Shown here piece by piece: positions 35,931 through 46,659 of a stretch of 52,441 bases of DNA. How positions within the stretch are numbered: position 1 is the stretch's first letter; every line of letters begins with the position of its first letter. Under the pieces are notes generated by a model, which made no database searches, was not told the DNA's origin, and saw only the letters and a program-made list of their open reading frames with translations. This DNA comes from an uncultured Elusimicrobia bacterium (GTDB lineage: Bacteria > Elusimicrobiota > Elusimicrobia > UBA1565 > UBA9628), in the NCBI GenBank assembly GCA_964374095.1, contig CAYJXJ010000006.1, forward strand, positions 4,339 through 56,779, written 5' to 3'. The position numbers and the translations under genes are program-made.

Positions 35931-37733
35931 TTAGGGGCCGAGCAGGTCATCGAGGAGCTTTTCGTCGTCGGCGGCCGGCTCCGCGGCCGGGGCTTTGGCC
36001 TTGGCGGGCTTGGGGGTTTTGGGAGCGACGGCCGCCGGTTTCGGCACTCCCGGCAGCAGGAGATCGTCGAGGCTCGGCTCGGGTTCGGCGTTCTTCTTGG
36101 CCGCGCGCTTTCTTGCCGAAGGCTTCTTGGCGGCCGCCGGGGGCGGGCTCTCCGCCTCGAAGAGAGACGGCTCCCCCGCGCCCTTTCCGGCGGGCGGGGC
36201 GGCGGCCGGCTCGTCTCCGAAGAGCGCCGCCGCGTCCGGGTCGCCGGCCGGGGCGGCGGCCGAGGGCGGCTTGGCGGCGAGAAGTTTCCGGGCCGCGGCG
36301 TTGAGCCCTTTAACCCCGCCGTCGGAAAGGGTCACCGCGAATTCCAAGGGTTTCTTGGTTTTTCCCTTTCCTTTAGGCGGGTAGAAATTAACTTGATAGC
36401 CGTCATGCGTTCCCGGGAGCTTCTCGGCGATCCACGGCAGCCCAGGGGGAGGATTGGGACCCTCCAACTCGGCGCCGAGGGTCTTGCCGGAGGGGAGCGG
36501 GAATTGGCGCGCCATTTCCAGCGCGCGCGCCTTCAGCTCTTCCTCCGTCGGCTCCGGCGGCGGGGGCGGCGGCAGGGGCTGGGCCGGGGGGGGAGGCGCG
36601 GGGAGGGATGGGGATTCCTCGGGCGGCGGCTCGGCGGCTTGTTTCTTCCCAAAGGGGCCCAGCCCGAGCATGTAGGCCCCGCCGGCTCCCAGGACCGTGA
36701 TGCCGGCGATCCCGGCCATGACGAGCATGCCGCGTCCCCGTCGGGGCGCGGGGCCCGGCGCCGGCGGCGGCGCGATCACCGGCGCGGGCTCCGCGGGCAC
36801 GACCGGCTCCATGGCCGGAGGCAGGGCCATGGGGGGCAGGCCGAGAACCGGGGGTTGGGTCGGGGGGAAAGAGGTTCCAAACCCGGCATCCCCGGCCGGC
36901 GGGGAGGCGGGCGTCAGCGGCGGAGGGAGAGGGATGGGCCTCGCCGCCCCCTGGCTTTCACCGGCGGATGGCGAGGACGGCTCGGGCAGAAGAGGCGCCG
37001 CCAGGGGGGCGCTCCCCCCCGCGGCGGGTCTTGATTCGACGCGTTCCAGGGATTCTTCCATCCGGCGGAGATCTTCGCGCAGGCGCTTGACCTCCGCGAG
37101 CGGCTCTTCGAGCCGGCGGACGTCTTCCTTGATCGCCCCGACTTCCGAAAGCTGGGATTGAAGCCGCGAGAGTTGGGCCGAGACATCCTTCAACGTCCGT
37201 TCGTGGGTCTCGACGTTGGTCTCGACGGAGCGCTCCGCCGCCACCGCCTGGGCGAGGTTGTCGCGCAGATTCGATCCCACGTCCGCGAGCCTCCCCTCCA
37301 GGCTTTCGAGCTTGCGCAGCAGCTCCGCGGCTTGGGCCGATTTTTCTCCGAGCTCGACGTGCAAGCCGGATATTTCGGTGTCCTTGAGCCGGAGGTCGCC
37401 CTGCAGGCGAGACACCGTGTTTTCCATCAGGTTCATCTTCTCTTGGAGACTCCCGAGGGCGGCGAGGTCCTTGAGGGTGGGCTCCGGCGGGAGCCCCGCG
37501 AAAAGCGCCGAAGCGGGGTCGCCGCCCCGGGCGGCCGGCGAGAGTTGGGTGGCCTTGAGAAGAGAGAGCTGCAGCTCGGGCACCATCCCCGCGCGCTGCC
37601 AATCGCCGATGTGGGTTCCTTTGCGGCCTTCCGGGCAGACGAGAGCTTCCGGGGAATAGCTGGGAAGCTGGGAAAGATCGTCGGGCTCGTAGGGTCCGTG
37701 GACTTGGTTGTTTAGGAAGAGCCAGTAGCGCAT
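35931..37733 (-). CDS. GYF_2 (DUF4339)-domain / coiled-coil / Pro-rich bitopic membrane protein with Lys-Ala-Pro-rich tail
   Basis: 600 aa. N-terminal MRYWLFLNNQVHGPYEPDDLSQL...GDWQRAGMVPEL fits GYF_2. About 140 aa of heptad-like coiled coil. One TM helix (MLVMAGIAGITVLGAGGAYMLGL). The C-terminal tail is AKP-rich and H1-like. Confidence 0.65.
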   Translation of the reverse strand: MRYWLFLNNQVHGPYEPDDLSQLPSYSPEALVCPEGRKGTHIGDWQRAGMVPELQLSLLKATQLSPAARGGDPASALFAGLPPEPTLKDLAALGSLQEKMNLMENTVSRLQGDLRLKDTEISGLHVELGEKSAQAAELLRKLESLEGRLADVGSNLRDNLAQAVAAERSVETNVETHERTLKDVSAQLSRLQSQLSEVGAIKEDVRRLEEPLAEVKRLREDLRRMEESLERVESRPAAGGSAPLAAPLLPEPSSPSAGESQGAARPIPLPPPLTPASPPAGDAGFGTSFPPTQPPVLGLPPMALPPAMEPVVPAEPAPVIAPPPAPGPAPRRGRGMLVMAGIAGITVLGAGGAYMLGLGPFGKKQAAEPPPEESPSLPAPPPPAQPLPPPPPPEPTEEELKARALEMARQFPLPSGKTLGAELEGPNPPPGLPWIAEKLPGTHDGYQVNFYPPKGKGKTKKPLEFAVTLSDGGVKGLNAAARKLLAAKPPSAAAPAGDPDAAALFGDEPAAAPPAGKGAGEPSLFEAESPPPAAAKKPSARKRAAKKNAEPEPSLDDLLLPGVPKPAAVAPKTPKPAKAKAPAAEPAADDEKLLDDLLGP

Positions 37734-37777
37734 AGCGACACGGTCTTCGACCGCGTTGACTAGTATAACAGCCGGCC

Positions 37778-37807
37778 TTGGGAATTCAATTGCCGATTTG
37801 TTACAAT
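37778..37807 (+). promoter_or_regulatory. Putative promoter TTGGGA-18-TACAAT; -10 ends 7 nt before the tRNA-Lys 5' end
   Basis: -35 at 37778-37783, -10 at 37802-37807, tRNA starts at 37815. Confidence 0.4.
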
Positions 37808-37814
37808 GCCCTCA

Positions 37815-37887
37815 GGGCTATTAGCTCAACTGGTAGAGCAGGCGCCTCTTAAGCGCAAGGTTACAGGTTCGATTCCTGTATAGCCCA
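37815..37887 (+). tRNA. tRNA-Lys (anticodon CUU), CCA not encoded
   Basis: Manual cloverleaf: GGGCTAT-TA-GCTC-AACTGGTA-GAGC-A-GGCGC-CTCTTAA-GCGCA-AGGTT-ACAGG-TTCGATT-CCTGT-ATAGCCC-A. Confidence 0.9.
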
Positions 37888-37899
37888 GTTGCCCCTCCG

Positions 37900-37982
37900 G
37901 GGCGGGTGGCGGAACGGCAGACGCGCACGGCTTAGGACCGTGTGGCCGAAAGGCCTTGGGGGTTCAAATCCCCCCTCGCCCA
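37900..37982 (+). tRNA. tRNA-Leu (anticodon UAG), type II with long variable arm
   Basis: GGGCGGG-TG-GCG-GAACGGCAGA-CGC-G-CACGG-CTTAGGA-CCGTG-TGGCCGAAAGGCCTT-GGGGG-TTCAAAT-CCCCC-CTCGCCC-A. Confidence 0.88.
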
Positions 37983-37989
37983 CGCCTGA

Positions 37990-38011
37990 GGTTCCCCCCC
38001 GGGGGGGAACC
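37990..38011 (+). terminator. 22-nt perfect palindrome GGTTCCCCCCC/GGGGGGGAACC directly after tRNA-Leu
   Basis: Read directly. 11-bp arms with no spacer. No U-tract follows. Confidence 0.4.
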
Positions 38012-38070
38012 GAGAGTGGGGGGGCCGATAGCCGTTTCCGTTTCATTAAGGAATAACGAGGGATCATTTT

Positions 38071-39351
38071 ATGGGGCTCTTCACCAAATCCAAGCCGACC
38101 GAGGAATCTCCGTATAAGAAAATCAAGGAGGAAGGCTGCCTGGTTTCATTCTCGGTGGAGGTGCCCGCCGCCGAAGTGGAGTCCGAGACTCAGACCCGGC
38201 TCGTCCGTATCCAGCAGCGGGCGCGGATACCCGGGTTTCGCGCCGGGAAAGCGCCGATGGAGATCATCCAGAAGCGTTTCACGCACGCCGCTCGCGAGGA
38301 GGCGGTGGAGGGCCTGCTCCGGCGTCATATCCCCCGCGCCCTGGAGCGATTTGGGCTCTCGCCGGTCGCCCCGCCCCGGGTGACCGAGCTTTCCCATCCC
38401 GAGGCCAAGTCCTTGCGCTTCAGCGTGGCGGTGGAAATCACTCCCCAGGCGGCTCCCCGCAATTACGCCGGCATCTCGGTCTTGAGAAGCTCCTACCCCG
38501 CGACCGACGCGGAGTTCGACAAGCGTCTCGGCGAGCTGAGGGAGGGGCAGGCGCGGTTGGAGGCCAGCGACTCCGAGGCGCTGGAGTCGACCCACTACGC
38601 CGTGGTCGATTCCTCCGCGGTCTCGGGCGGCAAGCCGCTGCCCGAGCTGACGGGGCAGGGGCTGCTCATCGACATGTCCTCCGATGAGACCGCCCGGGGC
38701 CTGGCCCAAGGCCTCGCCGGCCTGCGCCGCGGCGAGACGCGCGAGGTCAAGGTCGACCGGTCCGGCGCTCCCGCCCTGCTGACCGTGACGCTGCGCGAGA
38801 TCAAGCGCAAGACCCTCCCGCCCATCGATGACGACTTTGCGCGGGACCTGGGATTCGGCAGCCTGCTCGAGCTGCGCGGCGGCCTGCGCGAGATGATCGA
38901 GAAGGAGGGGCGGGAGAGATCCGAGCGCGAAGTCCTCGGCCAAATCGAGGAGGCCCTGCTGGCCCAGAATCGCCTGTCGTTGCCCCCCTCCCTGGTGGAG
39001 GCCCAGTCCGAGCGCCTGCTCGAGCGCCTCCGCCACCGCCTCCTCGGACCGGAGCGGCAATGGTCGGCTGCCGAGTCGGGGAAGCTCAAGGAGCAGCTGC
39101 GCCCCCAGGCCGAGAAGGAGCTCTCCCTTTCCTACATCCTGCGCGCGATCGCGGAGCAGGAAAAGATCGAGGTCACCGACGCCGACCTCGAATCCGACCT
39201 GGCCCGCAATCTGGAGACGGCCCGGTCGGACCGCCAGAAGGAAGAGGTGCGCCGGCTCTTCGCCGAGGGCCGGGATGCCATCCGAGGCCTGATACGAGAC
39301 CGCAAGACCATGGCGTTTCTCAAGGAAAAGGCCGTGATCAAGGAAAGCTAG
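38071..39351 (+). CDS. tig: Trigger factor
   Basis: 426 aa: RARIPGFRAGKAPMEIIQKRF (ribosome-binding signature GFRxGxxP). Conserved tig-clpP synteny. Confidence 0.9.
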   Translation: MGLFTKSKPTEESPYKKIKEEGCLVSFSVEVPAAEVESETQTRLVRIQQRARIPGFRAGKAPMEIIQKRFTHAAREEAVEGLLRRHIPRALERFGLSPVAPPRVTELSHPEAKSLRFSVAVEITPQAAPRNYAGISVLRSSYPATDAEFDKRLGELREGQARLEASDSEALESTHYAVVDSSAVSGGKPLPELTGQGLLIDMSSDETARGLAQGLAGLRRGETREVKVDRSGAPALLTVTLREIKRKTLPPIDDDFARDLGFGSLLELRGGLREMIEKEGRERSEREVLGQIEEALLAQNRLSLPPSLVEAQSERLLERLRHRLLGPERQWSAAESGKLKEQLRPQAEKELSLSYILRAIAEQEKIEVTDADLESDLARNLETARSDRQKEEVRRLFAEGRDAIRGLIRDRKTMAFLKEKAVIKES

Positions 39352-39358
39352 GCAAGCC

Positions 39359-39436
39359 GGGGTCAGACCCTGCCCTCTGACACATGGAAGTTGCATGACG
39401 ACTTTGACAATGTGTTAGATGTTAGGGTCTGACCCC
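39359..39436 (+). promoter_or_regulatory. 13-bp perfect inverted repeat (GGGGTCAGACCCT ... AGGGTCTGACCCC) bracketing a 52-nt lower-GC segment in the tig-clpP spacer
   Basis: Arms at 39359-39371 and 39424-39436. The enclosed segment contains TTGACA (39404-39409) and a TGTTAGA/TGTTAGG direct repeat. The right arm ends 8 nt before the clpP ATG. Confidence 0.5.
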
Positions 39437-39444
39437 GCAACGAT

Positions 39445-40043
39445 ATGATCATCCCCACAATCATCGAACGCTGGAACCAAGGCTCCGCGATCACCTACGA
39501 TATCTACTCGCGGCTGCTCAAGGAGCGCATCGTATTCGCGGGAGGCTGGGAGGGAGCCGTCACGACGGACTCGGCCAACCTGCTCATCTCCCAGCTCCTT
39601 TACCTCGACGGCGACGACCCGGAGAAGGATATCAACCTCTACATCAATTCGCCCGGAGGGATGGTGTCGGCCGGGATGGCGGTCTACGACACGATGCAAT
39701 ACATCAAGGCCCCGGTCCGGACGCTCTGCATGGGCATGGCCATGTCCTTCGGGTCCGTCCTGCTGGCCGCCGGGACCAGGGGCAAGCGCTTCATCCTGCC
39801 CCAGGCCCGCGTGATGATCCATCAGCCTTCGATTCGGGGCGGCCTTTCGGGGCAGGCCTCGGACATCGTCATCCAAGCCGCCGAGATGGAGCGCATGAAG
39901 GAGCGCCTGGAGGGCATACTCAGCGTCCACACCGGCCAGCCCATCGACCGCCTGCGCCGCGACATGGAGCGCAACCACTACATGTCCGCCGAGGAGGCCC
40001 GCGCCTACGGCATCGTCGATCACGTCCTTCCGGGGGCCAAGCC

Positions 40044-40047
<4 letters not shown>
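39445..40047 (+). CDS. clpP: ATP-dependent Clp protease proteolytic subunit
   Basis: 200 aa: YDIYSRLLKERIVF, LYINSPGG, catalytic S (GMAMSFG), H (MIHQP), D (RRDMERNHYMSA). Confidence 0.93.
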
Positions 40048-42451
<2,404 letters not shown>

Positions 42452-42455
<4 letters not shown>

Positions 42456-43540
42456 AACCCGTCACCCTTCTTACCCCGGGCCCCACGCCCCTGCCGCCGG
42501 AGGTCTTGGAGGCCCTCTCGCGGCCCATCATCCACCACCGCACCGCCGAATTCGGCGAACTCTTCGCGGAGGTCCTGACGGGCCTGCGCTCGGTCTATCG
42601 GACCAAGCAGGCGGTGCTGATGATGAGCTGCTCCGGGACGGGTTCCATGGAATCGGCGGTCGTGAATCTGCTCTCGCCCAAGGACCCGGTGGTGGTTCAC
42701 TCAACCGGGGCCTTCGGCGACCGCTTCGTCTCCATCCTCAAGACTTATGGGATCGAGCCCGTTGTCGTGTCCGAGGAATGGGGGCACGCGGCCGACCCCA
42801 ACCGCCTGAAGGCCGCTCTCCGGGCCTCGAGCGGCCTGAAGGCCGTCTTTCTCCAGCATACCGATACCTCCACGGGCGTTGTCAACGACATCCAGGAGCT
42901 TTCCAAGTGCGTCCGTGAAAATTCCGACGCCCTTGTCGTCCTCGACTCAATCTCCGGCCTCGGCGCCGAGCCCCTCGAGACCGATGCGTGGGGCCTTGAC
43001 GTGGTGCTCGCAGGCTCCCAAAAGGGCCTGATGAACGCGCCCGGCCTGGCTTTTGCCGCGGTCTCCGACCGCGGCTGGAAGCTTTGCGAGGCGGCCAGGC
43101 TGCCGCGCTTCTACTTCGACTGGCGGACCATGGCCAAGTCCCTCCCCGAACTGGAGACTCCCTACACCCCCGCGGTCGCGCTGGTCGCGGCCCAAGCCGC
43201 CGCTCTGCGCCTGATTTTGAAGGAGGGCCTGGAGAAGGTCTGGGCCCGCACCGCCGAGATGGCGCTCCACGCGCGCCGGCGAGCCGAGTCGCTCGGCCTG
43301 GTCCTCTTCGCCAAAAATCCCGCCCACATCCTCACCGCCCTGCGGCTGCCCGAGGGAATCGACGGCCAGGACCTCGTCGCCCGCATCTTGAAGGAAGACA
43401 GGATCGCCATCGCCGGCGGACAGGCCAAGCTCAAGGGCAAGGTGGTCCGGGTGGCTCACATGGGCTTCATCCGAAAGGAGGACGTGGACCTCGGTTTCGA
43501 GGCGTTGTCGCGCCGCTTGCCCGCCCTGCGGGCTTCTTGA
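42452..43540 (+). CDS. Class V PLP-dependent aminotransferase (AGXT/SerC-like; probable phosphoserine aminotransferase role)
   Basis: 362 aa: LTPGPTPLPPEVLEAL, DSISGLG, GSQKGL (PLP Lys). Abuts serA with no spacer and overlaps lon by 4 nt. Confidence 0.8.
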
Positions 43541-45139
43541 ATGCTTGAGAAGTTCGGCGTCCTGGTCACCGACCCCATCGATCCGGAGGGGCTCCGATCC
43601 CTGAAGGACCACCCGTCCATCGACCTGCGATTCGCGCTGGGCCCGACCCCTCAGGACCTGCGCCGGGCGCTGGACCGCGCTCAGGCCTGGCTGGTGCGCT
43701 CCGAGACGAAGGTCACCCGCGAGTTCATCCTGGCCGCCCCGAAACTGCGCCTGATCGGGCGGGCGGGCGTCGGGATCGACAATATCGATCTGGACGCGGC
43801 GACGCTCCGGGGCATCGCGGTCATCAACGCCCCGGCGGCCAACACCACCGCGGCCTGCGAGCACGCCTTCGGACTGATGATCGCCTTGGCGCGCCATATC
43901 CCGCAAGCCGACGCCGACGTCAAGTCCGGCCGCTGGCAGCGGAGAAAATGGATCGGCTCCGAGCTCCAGGGAAAGACCCTGGGCCTGGTCGGGCTGGGCC
44001 GGATCGGGCGCGAGGTGGCCCGCCGCGCGGCGGCCTTCGGGATGCGGGTCCTCGCCCACGATCCGTACGTCTCCGCCGAGCAGGCCGCGGGCCTCGGGGT
44101 CGTCTTGGGCGAGCTCAAGACCGTCCTCGCGGAGAGCGATTTCGTCAGCCTCCACGCCCCGGGGACGGATTCGACCCGCCACCTCATCGCTGGCGAGGCC
44201 CTCTCCTGGATGCGTCACGGGGCCCGGCTCGTCAACTGCGCGCGCGGCGAGCTCGTCGATGAGGCCGCCCTCGCCGAAGCCCTCCGCTCCGGGCGCCTCG
44301 GCGGGGCCGCTCTCGACGTGTTCGAGGCCGAACCTCTCCCGGCGGGCAGTCCCCTGCGCGGCATCGAGAACCTCCTGCTGACCCCGCACCTGGGCGCCTC
44401 GACCCGCGAGGCCCAGAGCAAGGTCGCCGTCGAACTGGCGCGCCGGGTCATCGAGTTCTGCGAGCGCGGCTTCGCCGTGGACGCGGTCAACCTGCCGGGC
44501 TTCGACTCCCAGACCCTGGAGTCGCTCGGCGCCCTCCTGGGCTTGGCCGAAAGCCTCGGGCGATTCGCGGGACAGACGCTGGACTCGGGCCTCAAGGAAT
44601 TCCGCTGCCTGTTTCAGGGTTCCATCTCGGCGGCGCAGCGCCGGCCCTTGGCCGTGGCCGCGCTGCGCGGGTGCCTGTCGACCATGCTCGCCCAGACGGT
44701 CAACGCGGTCAACGCCCCGGCCTTGGCCGCCGAGCGGGGCATACGGGTTTGCGAATCTTCCGACCCGATGACCCTGCGCGGCTATCAAAACCTCATCACG
44801 GTCACCGCGGTCACCGACAAGGGCGCGGCCGCGGTCTCGGGGACCCTCCTGGCGGAAGGCGAGCCGCGCATCGTGCGCTTGGGCGAGCTCTCCGTGGAGG
44901 TCAAGCCCGCGGGCAGGCTCATCGTCCTCACCAACCGCGACACCCCCGGCGTTATCGGCCGGGTGGGCCTGCTCCTCGGCAAGAGCGGCGTCAACATCGC
45001 GGATATGCGCGTGGGGCGGCTCGCCCCTCGCGGCCAGGCCGTCATGGTCCTGACGGTGGACGACGAATTGACTCCGGAGACGCGCCGCAAGCTCGAGAAA
45101 CTGGAGGGGATCACCTCCGTTCGATTCGTGAACCTCTAG
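43541..45139 (+). CDS. serA: D-3-phosphoglycerate dehydrogenase (long form with ASB and ACT domains)
   Basis: 532 aa: GRAGVGIDNIDL, GLVGLGRIGREVA (NAD motif), CARGELVDE, PHLGAST. C-terminal ACT-like segment (LIVLTNRDTPGVIGRVGLLLGKSGVNIADM). Confidence 0.93.
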   Translation: MLEKFGVLVTDPIDPEGLRSLKDHPSIDLRFALGPTPQDLRRALDRAQAWLVRSETKVTREFILAAPKLRLIGRAGVGIDNIDLDAATLRGIAVINAPAANTTAACEHAFGLMIALARHIPQADADVKSGRWQRRKWIGSELQGKTLGLVGLGRIGREVARRAAAFGMRVLAHDPYVSAEQAAGLGVVLGELKTVLAESDFVSLHAPGTDSTRHLIAGEALSWMRHGARLVNCARGELVDEAALAEALRSGRLGGAALDVFEAEPLPAGSPLRGIENLLLTPHLGASTREAQSKVAVELARRVIEFCERGFAVDAVNLPGFDSQTLESLGALLGLAESLGRFAGQTLDSGLKEFRCLFQGSISAAQRRPLAVAALRGCLSTMLAQTVNAVNAPALAAERGIRVCESSDPMTLRGYQNLITVTAVTDKGAAAVSGTLLAEGEPRIVRLGELSVEVKPAGRLIVLTNRDTPGVIGRVGLLLGKSGVNIADMRVGRLAPRGQAVMVLTVDDELTPETRRKLEKLEGITSVRFVNL

Positions 45140-45142
45140 GCC

Positions 45143-45883
45143 ATGAACCGCCCCGCCCTGTCATTTCGCGGCGTGAGCAAGAGCTACGCTCGTTCCCATC
45201 TAGGACGCGTCACGATGTCACGGGGGGTGGAAGGCCTGGACCTGGAGGTGGCCGAGGGCGAGGTCTTCGGACTTCTGGGTTTGAACGGCAGCGGCAAGAC
45301 CACGACCTTCAAGCTCTCACTCGGACTGCTGACGCCCACCGTGGGGACCGTCTCGGTGCTCGGCCTGGCGCCCCGCGACCCCGCCGCCTTGGCCCAGGTC
45401 GGCTATCTCCCGGAGCTCCCCTACTTCCACAGCTTCCTGACGCCCTCCGAGAGCCTGCATTTCTACGGCCGGCTCTCCGGGTTGCCCGCCGCGGCGCTGT
45501 CGGAGGCGGTCCCCTCGGCCGTCAGGCGGGTCGGGTTGGAGCGGGCCGCGGACCGGCGCATCGGAGAGTTCTCCAAGGGCATGGTCCAGCGCGTCGGCCT
45601 GGCGCAGGCGATCCTGCATGATCCCAAGCTCCTCATTCTGGACGAGCCGGTGAGCGGTCTCGATCCCTTGGCCATCAAGGACTTCCGCGATCTGCTGGTC
45701 AACCTCAACCAGGCCGGCAAAACCATCATCGTTTCTTCCCATTCCATATCGGAGATCGAGCGCCTCTGCCACCGGGTGGGCATTCTCCGGGATGGAAAGC
45801 TCGTGAGGCTGCTCACGTCCGGCGAGTGGTCCGGCGGCCTCGAGGAAGTCTTTGTCGAGACGGTGCGGGAGGGCGCCGGATGA
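45143..45883 (+). CDS. ABC transporter ATP-binding protein (ABC-2 exporter type)
   Basis: Walker A GLNGSGKTT, signature FSKGMVQR, Walker B LLILDEP, H-loop SSHS. Confidence 0.92.
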   Translation: MNRPALSFRGVSKSYARSHLGRVTMSRGVEGLDLEVAEGEVFGLLGLNGSGKTTTFKLSLGLLTPTVGTVSVLGLAPRDPAALAQVGYLPELPYFHSFLTPSESLHFYGRLSGLPAAALSEAVPSAVRRVGLERAADRRIGEFSKGMVQRVGLAQAILHDPKLLILDEPVSGLDPLAIKDFRDLLVNLNQAGKTIIVSSHSISEIERLCHRVGILRDGKLVRLLTSGEWSGGLEEVFVETVREGAG

Positions 45884-46656
45884 CCGCCGTCTTCATACTC
45901 GCCGCCAACTCCTGGAAGGAGAGCCTCCGCACGAAGTTTTTCCTGCTCTCCCTGCTCTTCGGCGGCGTCGTGCTCTACCTGAGCCTGCTCCTGGGACTGT
46001 TGGCCACCGATGAAGAGGTTCGCGTGCTCCAGGATTTCGGCCTGGCCTTCATCGAGTTGATGGGGCTGGCCGGGGCGGTCTTTTCCGCGTCGACGACCAT
46101 CCTTCGGGAGATGGAGACCAAGACGATCTATATGATCCTGACCCGTCCGGTCGCGCGCTGGCAATACCTCGTCGGGCGATTCGCGGGCCTCATGTTGTCG
46201 ACGGCCGCCGCCATGGCGCTGATGGCGTCGATGCACGTGGCGATCCTCCTGGCCAAGGGCTGGAGCTGGAGCGGGCTTTACGTCGCCGCGCTGGCGGGGG
46301 CGTATCTCAAGGTTCTCATCACGGCGGCCTTGGCGATGTTCATGGCGATCTTCTCGACCTCGGTCCTATCGGGACTCACCATCACGGGCATACTCTGGAG
46401 TCTCGGCCATTTCATCCCGGAGATCCGCTACATGGTGACGCATAAGTCCCGTCATGCCGTGTTTATGGGCACCGGCATGAGCCTGCTGACGCGTCTGCTT
46501 CCCGACCTCCAACTCTTCAACCTGAGAGACCGTCTGCAGCCCCTAGCCGGCGCGGGGCTCGACATCCCCGTGGCCGCCTGGCTGGGCTACGCCGTGGTCT
46601 ACGCCGGGGCGTGGTTGGCGGCGTCGGTCTGGCTCTTCAACCGCAAGGAGTTCTAG
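45880..46656 (+). CDS. ABC-2 family transporter permease
   Basis: ATG at 45880 in an ATGA overlap with the ATPase stop (MTAVFILAANSWKESLRTKFF...). 258 aa, about 6 TM. Confidence 0.8.
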   Translation: MTAVFILAANSWKESLRTKFFLLSLLFGGVVLYLSLLLGLLATDEEVRVLQDFGLAFIELMGLAGAVFSASTTILREMETKTIYMILTRPVARWQYLVGRFAGLMLSTAAAMALMASMHVAILLAKGWSWSGLYVAALAGAYLKVLITAALAMFMAIFSTSVLSGLTITGILWSLGHFIPEIRYMVTHKSRHAVFMGTGMSLLTRLLPDLQLFNLRDRLQPLAGAGLDIPVAAWLGYAVVYAGAWLAASVWLFNRKEF

Positions 46657-46659
46657 CGC

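Noticed and set aside
37861-38067. 68-aa minus-strand ORF
   Set aside because: It overlaps tRNA-Lys, tRNA-Leu and the GC palindrome. The tRNA cloverleaves explain the sequence.
38146-39396. 416-aa minus-strand ORF opposite tig. Similar long ORFs lie opposite lon (40020..41594) and opposite the aminotransferase/serA genes (42947..44788)
   Set aside because: All are antisense to genes with strong family signatures, and all show the same low-complexity GC-frame composition.
39372-39444. Heat-shock control elements (CIRCE or a sigma32 promoter) upstream of clpP
   Set aside because: No TTAGCACTC-N9-GAGTGCTAA was found. CTTTGACA is present, but the CCCC-containing box is about 23 nt away, too far for sigma32 spacing.
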